Shown piece after piece: positions 18,255 to 26,782 of a stretch of 51,023 bases of DNA (positions are counted from its first letter, which is position 1; the number at the start of each line of letters is the position of its first letter). The notes under the pieces were generated by a model. It did not search any database and was not told the DNA's origin. It was given only the letters and a program-made list of their open reading frames with translations. The position numbers and the translations under genes were made by a program. The DNA comes from Candidatus Bathyarchaeota archaeon. Lineage in GTDB: Archaea; Thermoproteota; Bathyarchaeia; Bathyarchaeales; DTEX01. The stretch is from NCBI GenBank assembly GCA_018396435.1, contig JAGTRG010000004.1, forward strand, positions 1-51,023, given 5' to 3'.

Positions 18255-19325
18255 TTAACTGGATAATAACATATGAGCCTCTCTAAGCATCTCTGGAATA
18301 TTCAATCCATATGGGCATTTCTCAACGCATTGTCCGCATTGAATGCATGAATCAGCCTTAACCTCCACCATCTTATATCGCCATTTAGCCCACTCAGTTA
18401 AGCCATAGTTCTTGTAGTATGCCAGCTGACGCAAGATGACCGGTATGCGCACTTCTTGAGGGCACGGCTGACAGTAGCCGCATCCGCGGCAGAAGCCTTC
18501 GCTTATCAACTTAGCGGCTTCCCTAACCATTTTTAGCTCTTCGCCGCTTATGTATGTGAAGTTCTCGCCAATTCGAGCGTTTTCTTCAACCTCCTCCATC
18601 CTCATCATTCCAGGTATAGCCGTGGTGACCGCATCGTTAGATATGATGAATTTAAGCGCAGTCTCAGCGTTTATTGGGATTCCGGCTCGCTTAACAAGAT
18701 CTTGAGGTGGAGACGCTAGGAATCCACCTGCGAGGGGCTTCATGGCTATAACCCCTACATCACTCTCCTTGGCTAAGGGCAGTATTCTCTCCCCAACGGA
18801 TTCGTCGTCCAGCATATTATATGAGACCATTATTGCCTCAAACATGCCCGATCTTATGCCCCTCTCCATAGTTTCATGGAACCTGTGGCAGCTGAAACCT
18901 ACGTGTCCTATGATGCCCTCCCTCTTCGCCTCCTTCAGAGCCTCCATAGCCCCGCCTGAGCTCATAGCCCTATCGTAATCATCATGGTATCGGAGGTTGT
19001 GGCATAAGTATAAATCTATGTAGTCGGTTCTGAGGCTTTTCAGGCTTACTTCCACATCCTTTTTCATGTCCTCATATGTTAGGGCACCGCTTTTTGTCGA
19101 TATGTAAAATTCATCCCTTCTATTACTTATGGCCAAGCCTATTTTCTCTTCGCTGTCGCCGTATGCCCTCGCGGTGTCAATAAAATTTATGCCGAGGTTG
19201 AGAGCCCTATTAAGTATCCTGCTGGAGGTTTCCCTATCTATAAGCGGCAGTTTTATTGCGCCGAAACCTATAACTGAAACCATAAGGTTTGTTTTTTCTA
19301 GCCTACGCTTCAACATGCTAATCAT
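18255..19325 (-). CDS. aldo/keto reductase fused to C-terminal 4Fe-4S ferredoxin-type domain
   Basis: AKR blocks GINFIDTARAYGDSE and DLYLCHN, plus the Cys clusters CRGCGYCQPCP and CIQCGQCVEKCP. Confidence 0.85.
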   Translation of the reverse strand: MISMLKRRLEKTNLMVSVIGFGAIKLPLIDRETSSRILNRALNLGINFIDTARAYGDSEEKIGLAISNRRDEFYISTKSGALTYEDMKKDVEVSLKSLRTDYIDLYLCHNLRYHDDYDRAMSSGGAMEALKEAKREGIIGHVGFSCHRFHETMERGIRSGMFEAIMVSYNMLDDESVGERILPLAKESDVGVIAMKPLAGGFLASPPQDLVKRAGIPINAETALKFIISNDAVTTAIPGMMRMEEVEENARIGENFTYISGEELKMVREAAKLISEGFCRGCGYCQPCPQEVRIPVILRQLAYYKNYGLTEWAKWRYKMVEVKADSCIQCGQCVEKCPYGLNIPEMLREAHMLLSS

Positions 19326-19377
19326 CCCTTGATATGTGGATATGAATGAACTTTACATAAAGGTTTATTGGTTGCGT

Positions 19378-19950
19378 TTATCCTCTAGGTTTAGCTATTA
19401 CTTCTTTAATCACCATATCGAATATTCTTGAGGAGTTTGCGGGTTTAATCACTATTGCTGTGTCAGCGCCCCTTCCAGTTCCAGCTATGCTTATTACCTC
19501 CATATCGACTGGTATGAGCCCGGCATCAGCGGCCATCGCCGCGATTTCGACAGCAACCTTCATTCCCTCGCAGAATAACCTTAACGTTTGAGCCATTATC
19601 TCAGCAGGATAGGCTGTGCCAAACTTGCTCCTTATAGCCCTCTCAACGTTCATGAAGACATGTGTTCCAGTGAGGATTCTCCCACCGTTCTTCTCTATTA
19701 TTTGACGATTCTCCTCGGTTAGCTCTTGACGCCCAGGCTCCCTAAAACCCGTGTGATGGGTTACAACAACAAGATTATACCCCTTAAATACTTCCGAGGC
19801 TTTAACCCCTGTCACCCCTCTAGTGGAGGCGACAACTATGTCCCTGATCCCAAGCTCCTCGGATCTTCTCTTCGCTAAAGCTAAAACAGCATCAGTGTTC
19901 TCCTCGCCCGGACTGCTAAAATAAATCACAGCGTTTTTAAATGAGCCCAT
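19378..19950 (-). CDS. pyruvate kinase C-terminal (alpha/beta) domain-like protein
   Basis: 190-aa ORF: VIYFSSPGEENTDAVLALAKRRSEELGIRDIVVASTRGVTG...VVTHHTGF. It resembles the stand-alone PK_C-like proteins of archaea. It lies 52 nt upstream of the AKR-ferredoxin gene on the same strand. Confidence 0.6.
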   Translation of the reverse strand: MGSFKNAVIYFSSPGEENTDAVLALAKRRSEELGIRDIVVASTRGVTGVKASEVFKGYNLVVVTHHTGFREPGRQELTEENRQIIEKNGGRILTGTHVFMNVERAIRSKFGTAYPAEIMAQTLRLFCEGMKVAVEIAAMAADAGLIPVDMEVISIAGTGRGADTAIVIKPANSSRIFDMVIKEVIAKPRG

Positions 19951-20030
19951 AAGTTTACATTCATTTTTAATCGATTTAAAATTTTTTAATATAAAACATG
20001 GAAGAAAAGGGGGACACGTCGAGATTCAGT

Positions 20031-20207
20031 TTAGGGAATAAATTCATCGATGGAAGTTAGCCATAATTTTTTGCAGCACCTCGGACATTTCAAATAATAC
20101 GCTGTCCTTGTAGGGACAGGATCTCTGCCCCGAAAACGCTTAACAAACAATAGCCTAATGAAGGAAACTTGAAACTCGGAACCGCACTCAGGACATCGAA
20201 ACCGCAA
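20031..20207 (-). CDS. small zinc-ribbon protein (58 aa), below the ORF-track cutoff
   Basis: Minus strand: (TTG)RFRCPECGSEFQVSFIRLLFVKRFRGRDPVPTRTAYYLKCPRCCKKLWLTSIDEFIP*. Two CPxC-type knuckles. GGGGAG lies 5 nt upstream of the TTG. Confidence 0.4.
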   Translation of the reverse strand: MRFRCPECGSEFQVSFIRLLFVKRFRGRDPVPTRTAYYLKCPRCCKKLWLTSIDEFIP

Positions 20208-20364
20208 AGTTTCTCCCCAAATTAAAACTATTTAATAAGATGCTAATTATTATTAAACATTGTTACGGCTGCGCTTGTTCAGATCAGAAAAACCGCAATA
20301 AAAATGTTCAAGCATAGCAAGAATAGAAAATAATAAATTGGGCTTTAATCTTCAAAATATGGCG

Positions 20365-20442
20365 GGGCCCGTAGCTCAGCAAGGATAGAGCACCGGGCTT
20401 TTAACCCGGGGGTCGGGGGTTCAATTCCCCCCGGGCCCGCCA
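20365..20442 (+). tRNA. tRNA-Lys (anticodon TTT), 3'-CCA encoded
   Basis: GGGCCCG TA GCTC-AGCAAGGATA-GAGC A CCGGG-CTTTTAA-CCCGG GGGTC GGGGG-TTCAATT-CCCCC CGGGCCC G CCA. All four stems pair perfectly. The body is 20365-20439 (75 nt). Confidence 0.95.
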
Positions 20443-20500
20443 CTTTTTGGGTTTAGAACTTTATATAATTCGTATGGATCATGATTATTTTTGATGGTTT

Positions 20501-20709
20501 ATGGTTAGGGTGAGTTATGCTTATTTGCTTAATGATTCTGATGTTAGGCGTTGGTTTGAGAATGTTGCTAGGGGTTAGAGGGTTAATGCCGATGTTCATT
20601 TGAGGGGCTTGGCCGGGTCTGTGGGTTTCTGGGTCTTGATCCAAGCCTTCAGTGTGGGGTAGGGCTGAAGGCACGGCTATCATTTAACATAAGGGAAAGA
20701 ACTACCTGA
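20501..20709 (+). pseudogene. tyrosine integrase N-terminal relic (in-frame stop plus frameshift)
   Basis: ATG at 20501: MVRVSYAYLLNDSDVRRWFENVARG*, with TAG at 20576-20578, then RVNADVHL. It continues in another frame as EGLGRVCGFLGLDPS... to the TGA at 20707-20709. The pattern LLND.DV.RW(F/Y)EN.ARGS..TADV.LRRLG.FC...GL.P matches what I remember of archaeal integrase N-termini. It starts 59 nt after the tRNA-Lys 3' end. Confidence 0.55.
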
Positions 20710-20791
20710 AGAGCCGAATAAAGAGCGGCGCTATAAAAGAAGAAAGATTAAGTTTAAATGCTGGGAGAGGTTGTTATCAAAAGGGTAATCT

Positions 20792-21148
20792 ATGGGACTC
20801 GTTAGGGTAAAGGCTAAAGTATGGAATGTTGAGAGTCCAGAGAATATTAGGGAGGCTGCTCTTCTAGCTGATACAGGCGCCATTTATACTGTTTTACCAG
20901 AATCATTTCTCAGATCCCTGGGTGTCAGAAGTACTGGAAGGAGGAAATTTAGGCTGGCTAACAATCAAATCCTCGAGAAGGAGGTTGGCATCATAGGTAT
21001 AGAGGTTAACAATATAAAGACGCATTCCATAACGGTCTTCGGAGATGAAAACGTATACCTTTTAGGGGTTGTAACACTCGAAGAATTAGGCTTAGAGGTG
21101 GACCCAATAAAAGGTGAACTGAGGCCACTCGAGCTACTACTAATGTGA
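20792..21148 (+). CDS. retropepsin-like (clan AA) aspartic protease
   Basis: 118 aa with the D-T-G-A active-site motif in ALLADTGAIYTVLP, and a retropepsin-monomer size. Confidence 0.65.
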   Translation: MGLVRVKAKVWNVESPENIREAALLADTGAIYTVLPESFLRSLGVRSTGRRKFRLANNQILEKEVGIIGIEVNNIKTHSITVFGDENVYLLGVVTLEELGLEVDPIKGELRPLELLLM

Positions 21149-21432
21149 TTAAGATTCAAATTAGAGGGGGAGACGCCTAATTCATAAAGCCAAACAGAAA
21201 AGTTATGAGGCCTAGTATTGGGCTTGAGCGGAAAAATTTTTTCTGAATCTGAGAACTATATGAAGTAAGCCCCGGCTTAATTTAAAATGCCTAGGGTGAG
21301 GGGTAGGTTTAGGATTGTTGGTAAGAAGCGCATCAAGAACAGCATCTCTTCCTCTTTCTCATGCTTCAATTTAATGCTAGGATGCAATTTTAAGGTAAAT
21401 TTTAAGATTTTAAGTGGAGAAGAATTTGAGCA

Positions 21433-22293
21433 TTATAAGATATCTAGCGGGGATTTAACTCCTGCTAGCTCCTTTACTTTTACTAGGTTTTCCAAGTCGC
21501 TCCTCACACTATCTTTCGGGGTTTCCAGTATTAGCGGTAAGCTTGCAAATTTACTCCGCAATATGTTTCTAAAGCCTTTCTCCCCAATCTTCCCTAGGCC
21601 TATATGTTCATGCCGATCTATATGTGAATTTAAGTCGCCTCGGGAGTCGTTCAAGTGAACCAGTTTCAGTCTGGTGAATCCCACAGTCTTCCCTAGTTCT
21701 CTTGTAACCTTCTCCATGTTTTCTTCAGTCCTTAAGTCGTAGCCAGCTGCGAATGCATGACATGTATCGAAGCATATCCCAATTTTATCCTGATAAGTCG
21801 CTCGCTCAATTATGTATTGGAGATCATTGAAGGATCCGCCTACGCTGTTCCTTGTCCCAGCTGTATTTTCAAGGAGGAGCATAACACTTTCACCAGCAAC
21901 TGAAAACGCTTTATCTATAGCTTTAATTACCCTCTCCAAACCTATTCTAACCCCGTATCCGAGATGGCTTCCCAAATGCGTTACTAAATAAGGGATCTTG
22001 AGCCTTTTACATCTATTCATTTCATTTATAAGCGTTTCAATTGACTTCATGTATATTTCATCTTTCGGCGACGCTAAATTTAACAAATACGGCGTGTGGC
22101 CGAAAACAGGTCTGACATCATTCCTTTCAACTTTAATTATGAACGCTTCAACCTCATCATCTCTAAGTTGCCTAGCAGTCCATCCACGCGGGTTTCTCGT
22201 GAACATCTGAAGCGTGTTACACCCGATTGTCAGCGCTCTATCAACAGCCTTATCAACGGAGCCATATATTGACGTATGGAAACCCACTCTCAT
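21433..22293 (-). CDS. nfo: deoxyribonuclease IV (endonuclease IV)
   Basis: 286 aa with TIM-barrel AP endonuclease 2 motifs: GHTPYLLNLASP, VTHLGSH, LLLENTAG, FDTCHAFAAGYD, VHLNDSRGDLNSHIDRHEHIGLGKIG. Confidence 0.9.
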   Translation of the reverse strand: MRVGFHTSIYGSVDKAVDRALTIGCNTLQMFTRNPRGWTARQLRDDEVEAFIIKVERNDVRPVFGHTPYLLNLASPKDEIYMKSIETLINEMNRCKRLKIPYLVTHLGSHLGYGVRIGLERVIKAIDKAFSVAGESVMLLLENTAGTRNSVGGSFNDLQYIIERATYQDKIGICFDTCHAFAAGYDLRTEENMEKVTRELGKTVGFTRLKLVHLNDSRGDLNSHIDRHEHIGLGKIGEKGFRNILRSKFASLPLILETPKDSVRSDLENLVKVKELAGVKSPLDIL

Positions 22294-22553
22294 CCAAATG
22301 CGCCTTAAAGATGAAAATTAACTCCCTAACTTTTAAGAGATGCGCAAATCTGCCATTTTCATCTCAAAAAATTGCGTATGCTGATGGAACTTCTAAGACG
22401 CAGCCTAGCCTAGAACAAATTAACGTATCTTAAAAATTAAAAATTCGAAGGTAAACAACCCCATGGCTGATAAGCTTAACCGGCTGCTGCAGCTCAAATA
22501 AAAATGCTTACTTCGAAAAATATATTAAGTCTGCCATATTCCTCTTAACAGAG

Positions 22554-23456
22554 GTGAATTATTTGAGAAGGCTTGAGGGAACTTTTGTTGTAGCCGTTAC
22601 TCCCTTCACGACGGATGAAAATCTGGATTTGAAGGCTCTTAGGGAAAACATCGATTATTATATTGAAAATGGCATCCACGGAATCATTGTATGCGGAAGC
22701 ACAGGCGAGTTTGCTTCGCTCTCAGTTCAGGAGCATAAGAAGGTGACGGAGGAGGCAGTCGACCATGTGAATGGCAGAGTCCCGGTTATTGTTGGAACAG
22801 GTGCTTGCGCTACGAGACAGGTAATAGAGTTGAGCAGATACGCGAAGGATGTTGGCGCGGATGGTGTGATGATAGTTCCCCCATTCTACACTAAACCTAA
22901 GGAGAACGAGCTGTATGAGCATTATAGGAGAATAGCGGAGGCGGTTGATTTACCCATAATGCTATATAATAATCCCTGGACTAGCAAAGTTGACATGCAG
23001 CCGTCATTCATCGCCAAACTGTCTGAAATAGACAATATAAGCCACGTTAAGGAGAGCAGCGGAGACATCACCAGAATCTGGAAGATCATTCATTTAACAA
23101 AAGGCAAAATGACCGTTTTTTGCGGATCTGACAATCTTGCATTAGAATCATTTTTGATGGGTGCAAAGGGATGGGTCTGTGTTGCGGCAAACATGTTTCC
23201 GAAGCATACAAGCAGATTATTTGAGCTCGCATGTAAAGAGAATAATATTGAGGATGCGCGAGCCCTTTACCTCGAACTCCTTCCGCTTCTAAACTTCCTT
23301 GAGGAGACCGGAAAATTTGCGCAGCTCTCAAAAGCAGGCCTTGAAATTCTAGGTAGAAGAGCCGGCCCTCCAAGGAGACCTCTACTTACCGTAAGCGAGG
23401 AGGAAAAAGAGGAGCTGAAAACGCTCATAGAGAAAATTAAGAGCATTAAGGTTTAG
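22554..23456 (+). CDS. DapA/NanA-family class I aldolase/lyase (dihydrodipicolinate synthase family)
   Basis: GSTGEFASLS, MLYNNPWTS and VKESSGD (Schiff-base Lys region). GTG start. Substrate is not assignable from sequence alone. Confidence 0.8.
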   Translation: MNYLRRLEGTFVVAVTPFTTDENLDLKALRENIDYYIENGIHGIIVCGSTGEFASLSVQEHKKVTEEAVDHVNGRVPVIVGTGACATRQVIELSRYAKDVGADGVMIVPPFYTKPKENELYEHYRRIAEAVDLPIMLYNNPWTSKVDMQPSFIAKLSEIDNISHVKESSGDITRIWKIIHLTKGKMTVFCGSDNLALESFLMGAKGWVCVAANMFPKHTSRLFELACKENNIEDARALYLELLPLLNFLEETGKFAQLSKAGLEILGRRAGPPRRPLLTVSEEEKEELKTLIEKIKSIKV

Positions 23457-23482
23457 GTTTCCAGCAAGGGACGGGATTACTC

Positions 23483-24466
23483 ATGGTCTTGATGCTTTCA
23501 AGATCCGACCTTGAAAAAGTATTAACTATGAAAGATGTTATAGAATACGTTGAGATGGCATTCTTAGAATTGCAAATGGGCACCGCCATTTTACCCATGA
23601 GGGCAACCATAACGCTGGCTGAGAAGCACGGTTGGATAGGTGTAATGCCTGCTTATCTTGGAAAAATGGGTTCCCTCTCAACCAAAATTGTAACGGTCTT
23701 CGAGAAAAACTTAGAGAAGAATATGCCGACAATAATCGCAACAATCATACTGAATGATTCGGAGACTGGAGCCCCCTTAGCGATAATGGATGGAACGCTT
23801 GTAACCGCTATGAGGACAGGGGCTGTTTGCGGGGTGGCCACCAAATATTTAGCCAGAAAAGACTCGAAGATTGTTGGAATTTTTGGTGCGGGTGTTCAGG
23901 CGAGAACCCAGTTGATGGCCATGTGCGTTGTAAGAAACATAGAAAGGGCCTTTGTGCATGATGTAATTAAGGAAAGAGCGGAGTCCTTTGCCAAAGAAAT
24001 GTCCAAGGTTCTTAGAATCCCAGTCGAAGTATGCGAACCCAGCGAACTTGTGGTTCAATCGGATATCATAGTTACGGCAACAACGTCGAAAACCCCTGTC
24101 TTCGACGGAAAATGGGTAAAGCCCGGTACACACTTAAATCTAATAGGCTCATTTAAGCCGGATGTGAGGGAAGTTGATGAAACAGTGATTAAGAAGGCGA
24201 AGATAGTTGTTGATCAAAAGTCCGCAGCCTTAGAGGAGGCGGGCGACATAATTATCCCACTGAAGGCGGGGATAATCACTGAGAATGATATATACGCTGA
24301 GTTAGGTGAGTTGGCGGCTGGATTAAAGCCGGGTAGGAAATCTGACTCTGAGATTACACTATTTAAGTCTGTGGGTCTAGGAATACAGGACTGCGCTGCA
24401 GCATGGTTAGCCTATACGAGGGCTAGGGAGAAAGGGGTCGGCATCGAGGTTGAATTGTTCCGATAA
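23483..24466 (+). CDS. ornithine cyclodeaminase / mu-crystallin family NAD(P)-dependent enzyme
   Basis: 327 aa with family layout TKIVTVF...N, TAMRTGAV and Rossmann GIFGAGVQARTQ. It starts 27 nt after the DapA-family gene. Confidence 0.8.
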   Translation: MVLMLSRSDLEKVLTMKDVIEYVEMAFLELQMGTAILPMRATITLAEKHGWIGVMPAYLGKMGSLSTKIVTVFEKNLEKNMPTIIATIILNDSETGAPLAIMDGTLVTAMRTGAVCGVATKYLARKDSKIVGIFGAGVQARTQLMAMCVVRNIERAFVHDVIKERAESFAKEMSKVLRIPVEVCEPSELVVQSDIIVTATTSKTPVFDGKWVKPGTHLNLIGSFKPDVREVDETVIKKAKIVVDQKSAALEEAGDIIIPLKAGIITENDIYAELGELAAGLKPGRKSDSEITLFKSVGLGIQDCAAAWLAYTRAREKGVGIEVELFR

Positions 24467-24619
24467 TCGATTTCAAAATAAAATTTTTCTTTTTAGAAAT
24501 AGCTAGAGCCTTTAAATATAAAATTAGTAGGCAACTTTACATCGAATATATGCACGCCTCCTAGATCATTAGCGAAGATAGGCTTACACGCGCCGCCTAT
24601 TTGGGTCGCTCCATTTAGG

Positions 24620-25354
24620 CTAGAATGTGAATGTGGGCTTATTCGGCTCTATTTTTATGCTTCTAGGCGGCTGAAAAGTTGAGTTTAATGTGAATACTTT
24701 TACGCCCTCAGCCACAGCTTTCCTTAAAAGCTCAGTGAATTGCCGATCAACCTCAACGTTAGGTTTCATTATTATTGCGTCAGACCTCTGAATTGAGAAT
24801 ATTATTCCGGACTTAAATCCGCATCTCACTAGCGCAGTTAACTTTTGTACGTGTTTTCTTCCTCTCAATGTTGGGGCATCTGGGAATAAAGCCACACCAT
24901 TCACTACGTGAGTTACGCTTTTCACCTCAATGTAAAATTTCTCCATCCCCCTTTCCAGCATTAGGTCAAGCCTAGTTCCTAGGTGTTCGTCTACCCTAAA
25001 GTTTTCTCTGCTAACCCTATATTCCGCTAAACCATCAATAAGACCATGCTCAATGGCCATTTTCGCCAGGATATTTGAGAACTGCGCATCTACAATGACC
25101 GGTACCCCAAAACGACTTACGGCAAAAAGTCTATAAGGGTTTCTTCTGGAAAACCCATCTTCAACCTTCTTTAAATATGCTTCAATTCCATAATGTAGAA
25201 CCGTAACAAGCCTGCCGGAGTTTGGCAGATGCGCATAAAATTCTTCACCATCAATCTCAACCAGAACCTTAAATCTGTTTATCCGCTGCAGAAATCTTCC
25301 CGTAACCAAGTTGAAGTCAAGATTCACCGTTAACGCCTTGCCTCTCATAGTCAT
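24620..25354 (-). CDS. sfsA: SfsA-family (sugar fermentation stimulation) nuclease-fold DNA-binding protein
   Basis: 244 aa: GRFLQRINRFKVLVEIDGEEFYAHLPNSGRL ... RLDLMLE...YIEVKSVT ... FPDAPTLRGRKHV, typical of SfsA. Confidence 0.85.
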   Translation of the reverse strand: MTMRGKALTVNLDFNLVTGRFLQRINRFKVLVEIDGEEFYAHLPNSGRLVTVLHYGIEAYLKKVEDGFSRRNPYRLFAVSRFGVPVIVDAQFSNILAKMAIEHGLIDGLAEYRVSRENFRVDEHLGTRLDLMLERGMEKFYIEVKSVTHVVNGVALFPDAPTLRGRKHVQKLTALVRCGFKSGIIFSIQRSDAIIMKPNVEVDRQFTELLRKAVAEGVKVFTLNSTFQPPRSIKIEPNKPTFTF

Positions 25355-25605
25355 TTCAGCTTAATCCTCGAATAAATATGATTCTACTAATCTTCCCTTA
25401 CCACTTTATACGTCTTGTCTGAGCAGCCGCTAAGTGAAAGGCTCTGAGTAAAGCGTGGCTTCACACCATAACAAGTAAAAGCGAATCTGCGATGCATCAT
25501 GCTTATTTATGGTCGCTTAAATAATTCATATGTCGGCAGCATACTCGGTTGGGAAATAGAATGAAGATGGATGGTAACTATCTATCATGATGGAGGACAT
25601 ATGCG

Positions 25606-26685
25606 GTGAAAATATTAGACATGGACATTAAGCATAGCCGGGTCACTGTTACCCCGGAGTTTCTGGATGATTTCTGGGTGCTGTATAATATTATTCAAAG
25701 GGGCGACATCGTATATTCTAGGACAACCCGTGAGGTGCGCTTCGGAGAGCGCTACGAGCGCCCGGAAAAGGGTAGGCGGATATCGCTTGTTTTAGGCATC
25801 AAAGTTGAAAGCATCCTTTGGGATCGGATGCTGAACCGCTTGAGAATTCATGGAATAGTTTGCGATGCACCTGATGAGATTGGAGCCTTAGGATCGCATC
25901 ATACGCTAAACATAACATTAAACACTCCTTTGAAGATAATTAAAGAGCGCTGGCTAGAATATCATATTAAGCAGCTGAAGCGCGCCTCAGAGAGGGGGAT
26001 CATGCCCATAATCGTTATGAACATCGACGATGAAGGTTACTCCGCAGCCGTTTTAAGGGGTTTCGGACCGGAGATTGCCTCTGAAGAAAGAATCAGCCTC
26101 CCGGGAAAACATATGGAGGAGGAGCGGCTTAGAACCCTCAATGAGATGTTTAAATCCGCCTTAAAGACCCTTGAAGGCCTAATAAGCTCGGTTGGAGGCC
26201 CGATAGTAATTTTAGGATTAGGATTCATCAAGAACAACTTCGTTAAGTTTCTCGAGGAGAATGCGCCGGCGATAAGGGAGAAAATCATCGATATAAAAAG
26301 CGTGAATAGCAGCGGCAGCGCAGGAATCTACGAGGCTATGCGCTCCGGTATACTAGCCAGGGCTTTAAGGCATGCTCGCATAATTGAGGAATCTGAGGCT
26401 GTTGAAGAGGTTCTTAGACGTTTGGGCAAGGGACGCGGCGATATAGCGTACGGTTTAAGCGATGTTGAAAGGGCTGTTTTAATGGGCGCCGTTGAAGAGA
26501 TACTTATAACAGATGAAATGTTTAGAGAATCATCCAGCGAGGAAATTTCAGCATTAGAGAAACTTATACATGAAGTTGAGGAAAAAGGTGGGAAGGTTAG
26601 AATAATAAGCGTTGAGCATGAAGCTGGGCTGAAAATTAAGTCGCTTGGCGGGATAGCTGCGCTATTACGCTATCCACTAGGTTAA
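25606..26685 (+). CDS. protein pelota homologue (aPelota, mRNA surveillance / ribosome rescue)
   Basis: GTG start: MKILDMDIKHSRVTVTPEFLDDFWVLYNIIQRGDIVYSRTTREV... plus a C-terminal eRF1-like domain. 359 aa. Confidence 0.9.
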   Translation: MKILDMDIKHSRVTVTPEFLDDFWVLYNIIQRGDIVYSRTTREVRFGERYERPEKGRRISLVLGIKVESILWDRMLNRLRIHGIVCDAPDEIGALGSHHTLNITLNTPLKIIKERWLEYHIKQLKRASERGIMPIIVMNIDDEGYSAAVLRGFGPEIASEERISLPGKHMEEERLRTLNEMFKSALKTLEGLISSVGGPIVILGLGFIKNNFVKFLEENAPAIREKIIDIKSVNSSGSAGIYEAMRSGILARALRHARIIEESEAVEEVLRRLGKGRGDIAYGLSDVERAVLMGAVEEILITDEMFRESSSEEISALEKLIHEVEEKGGKVRIISVEHEAGLKIKSLGGIAALLRYPLG

Positions 26686-26782
26686 AAATTGGGAAGAATG
26701 AGAATGGCGGCTATAAATGCTATTCAGATCTGCTTCTGAGCATCATTAATTACTTAAAATGGGGCTAGGCACATTTCTAATT

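Noticed and set aside
20453-20683. 76-aa minus-strand ORF immediately after tRNA-Lys.
   Set aside because: The plus strand of the same region reads as an integrase N-terminal relic with recognisable motifs. The minus-strand translation has no features and starts inside the relic.
21287-21658. 123-aa plus-strand ORF overlapping the 3' end of nfo.
   Set aside because: It overlaps the well-supported endonuclease IV gene by more than 200 nt, and its sequence is low-complexity (S/F/L-rich). It is probably spurious.
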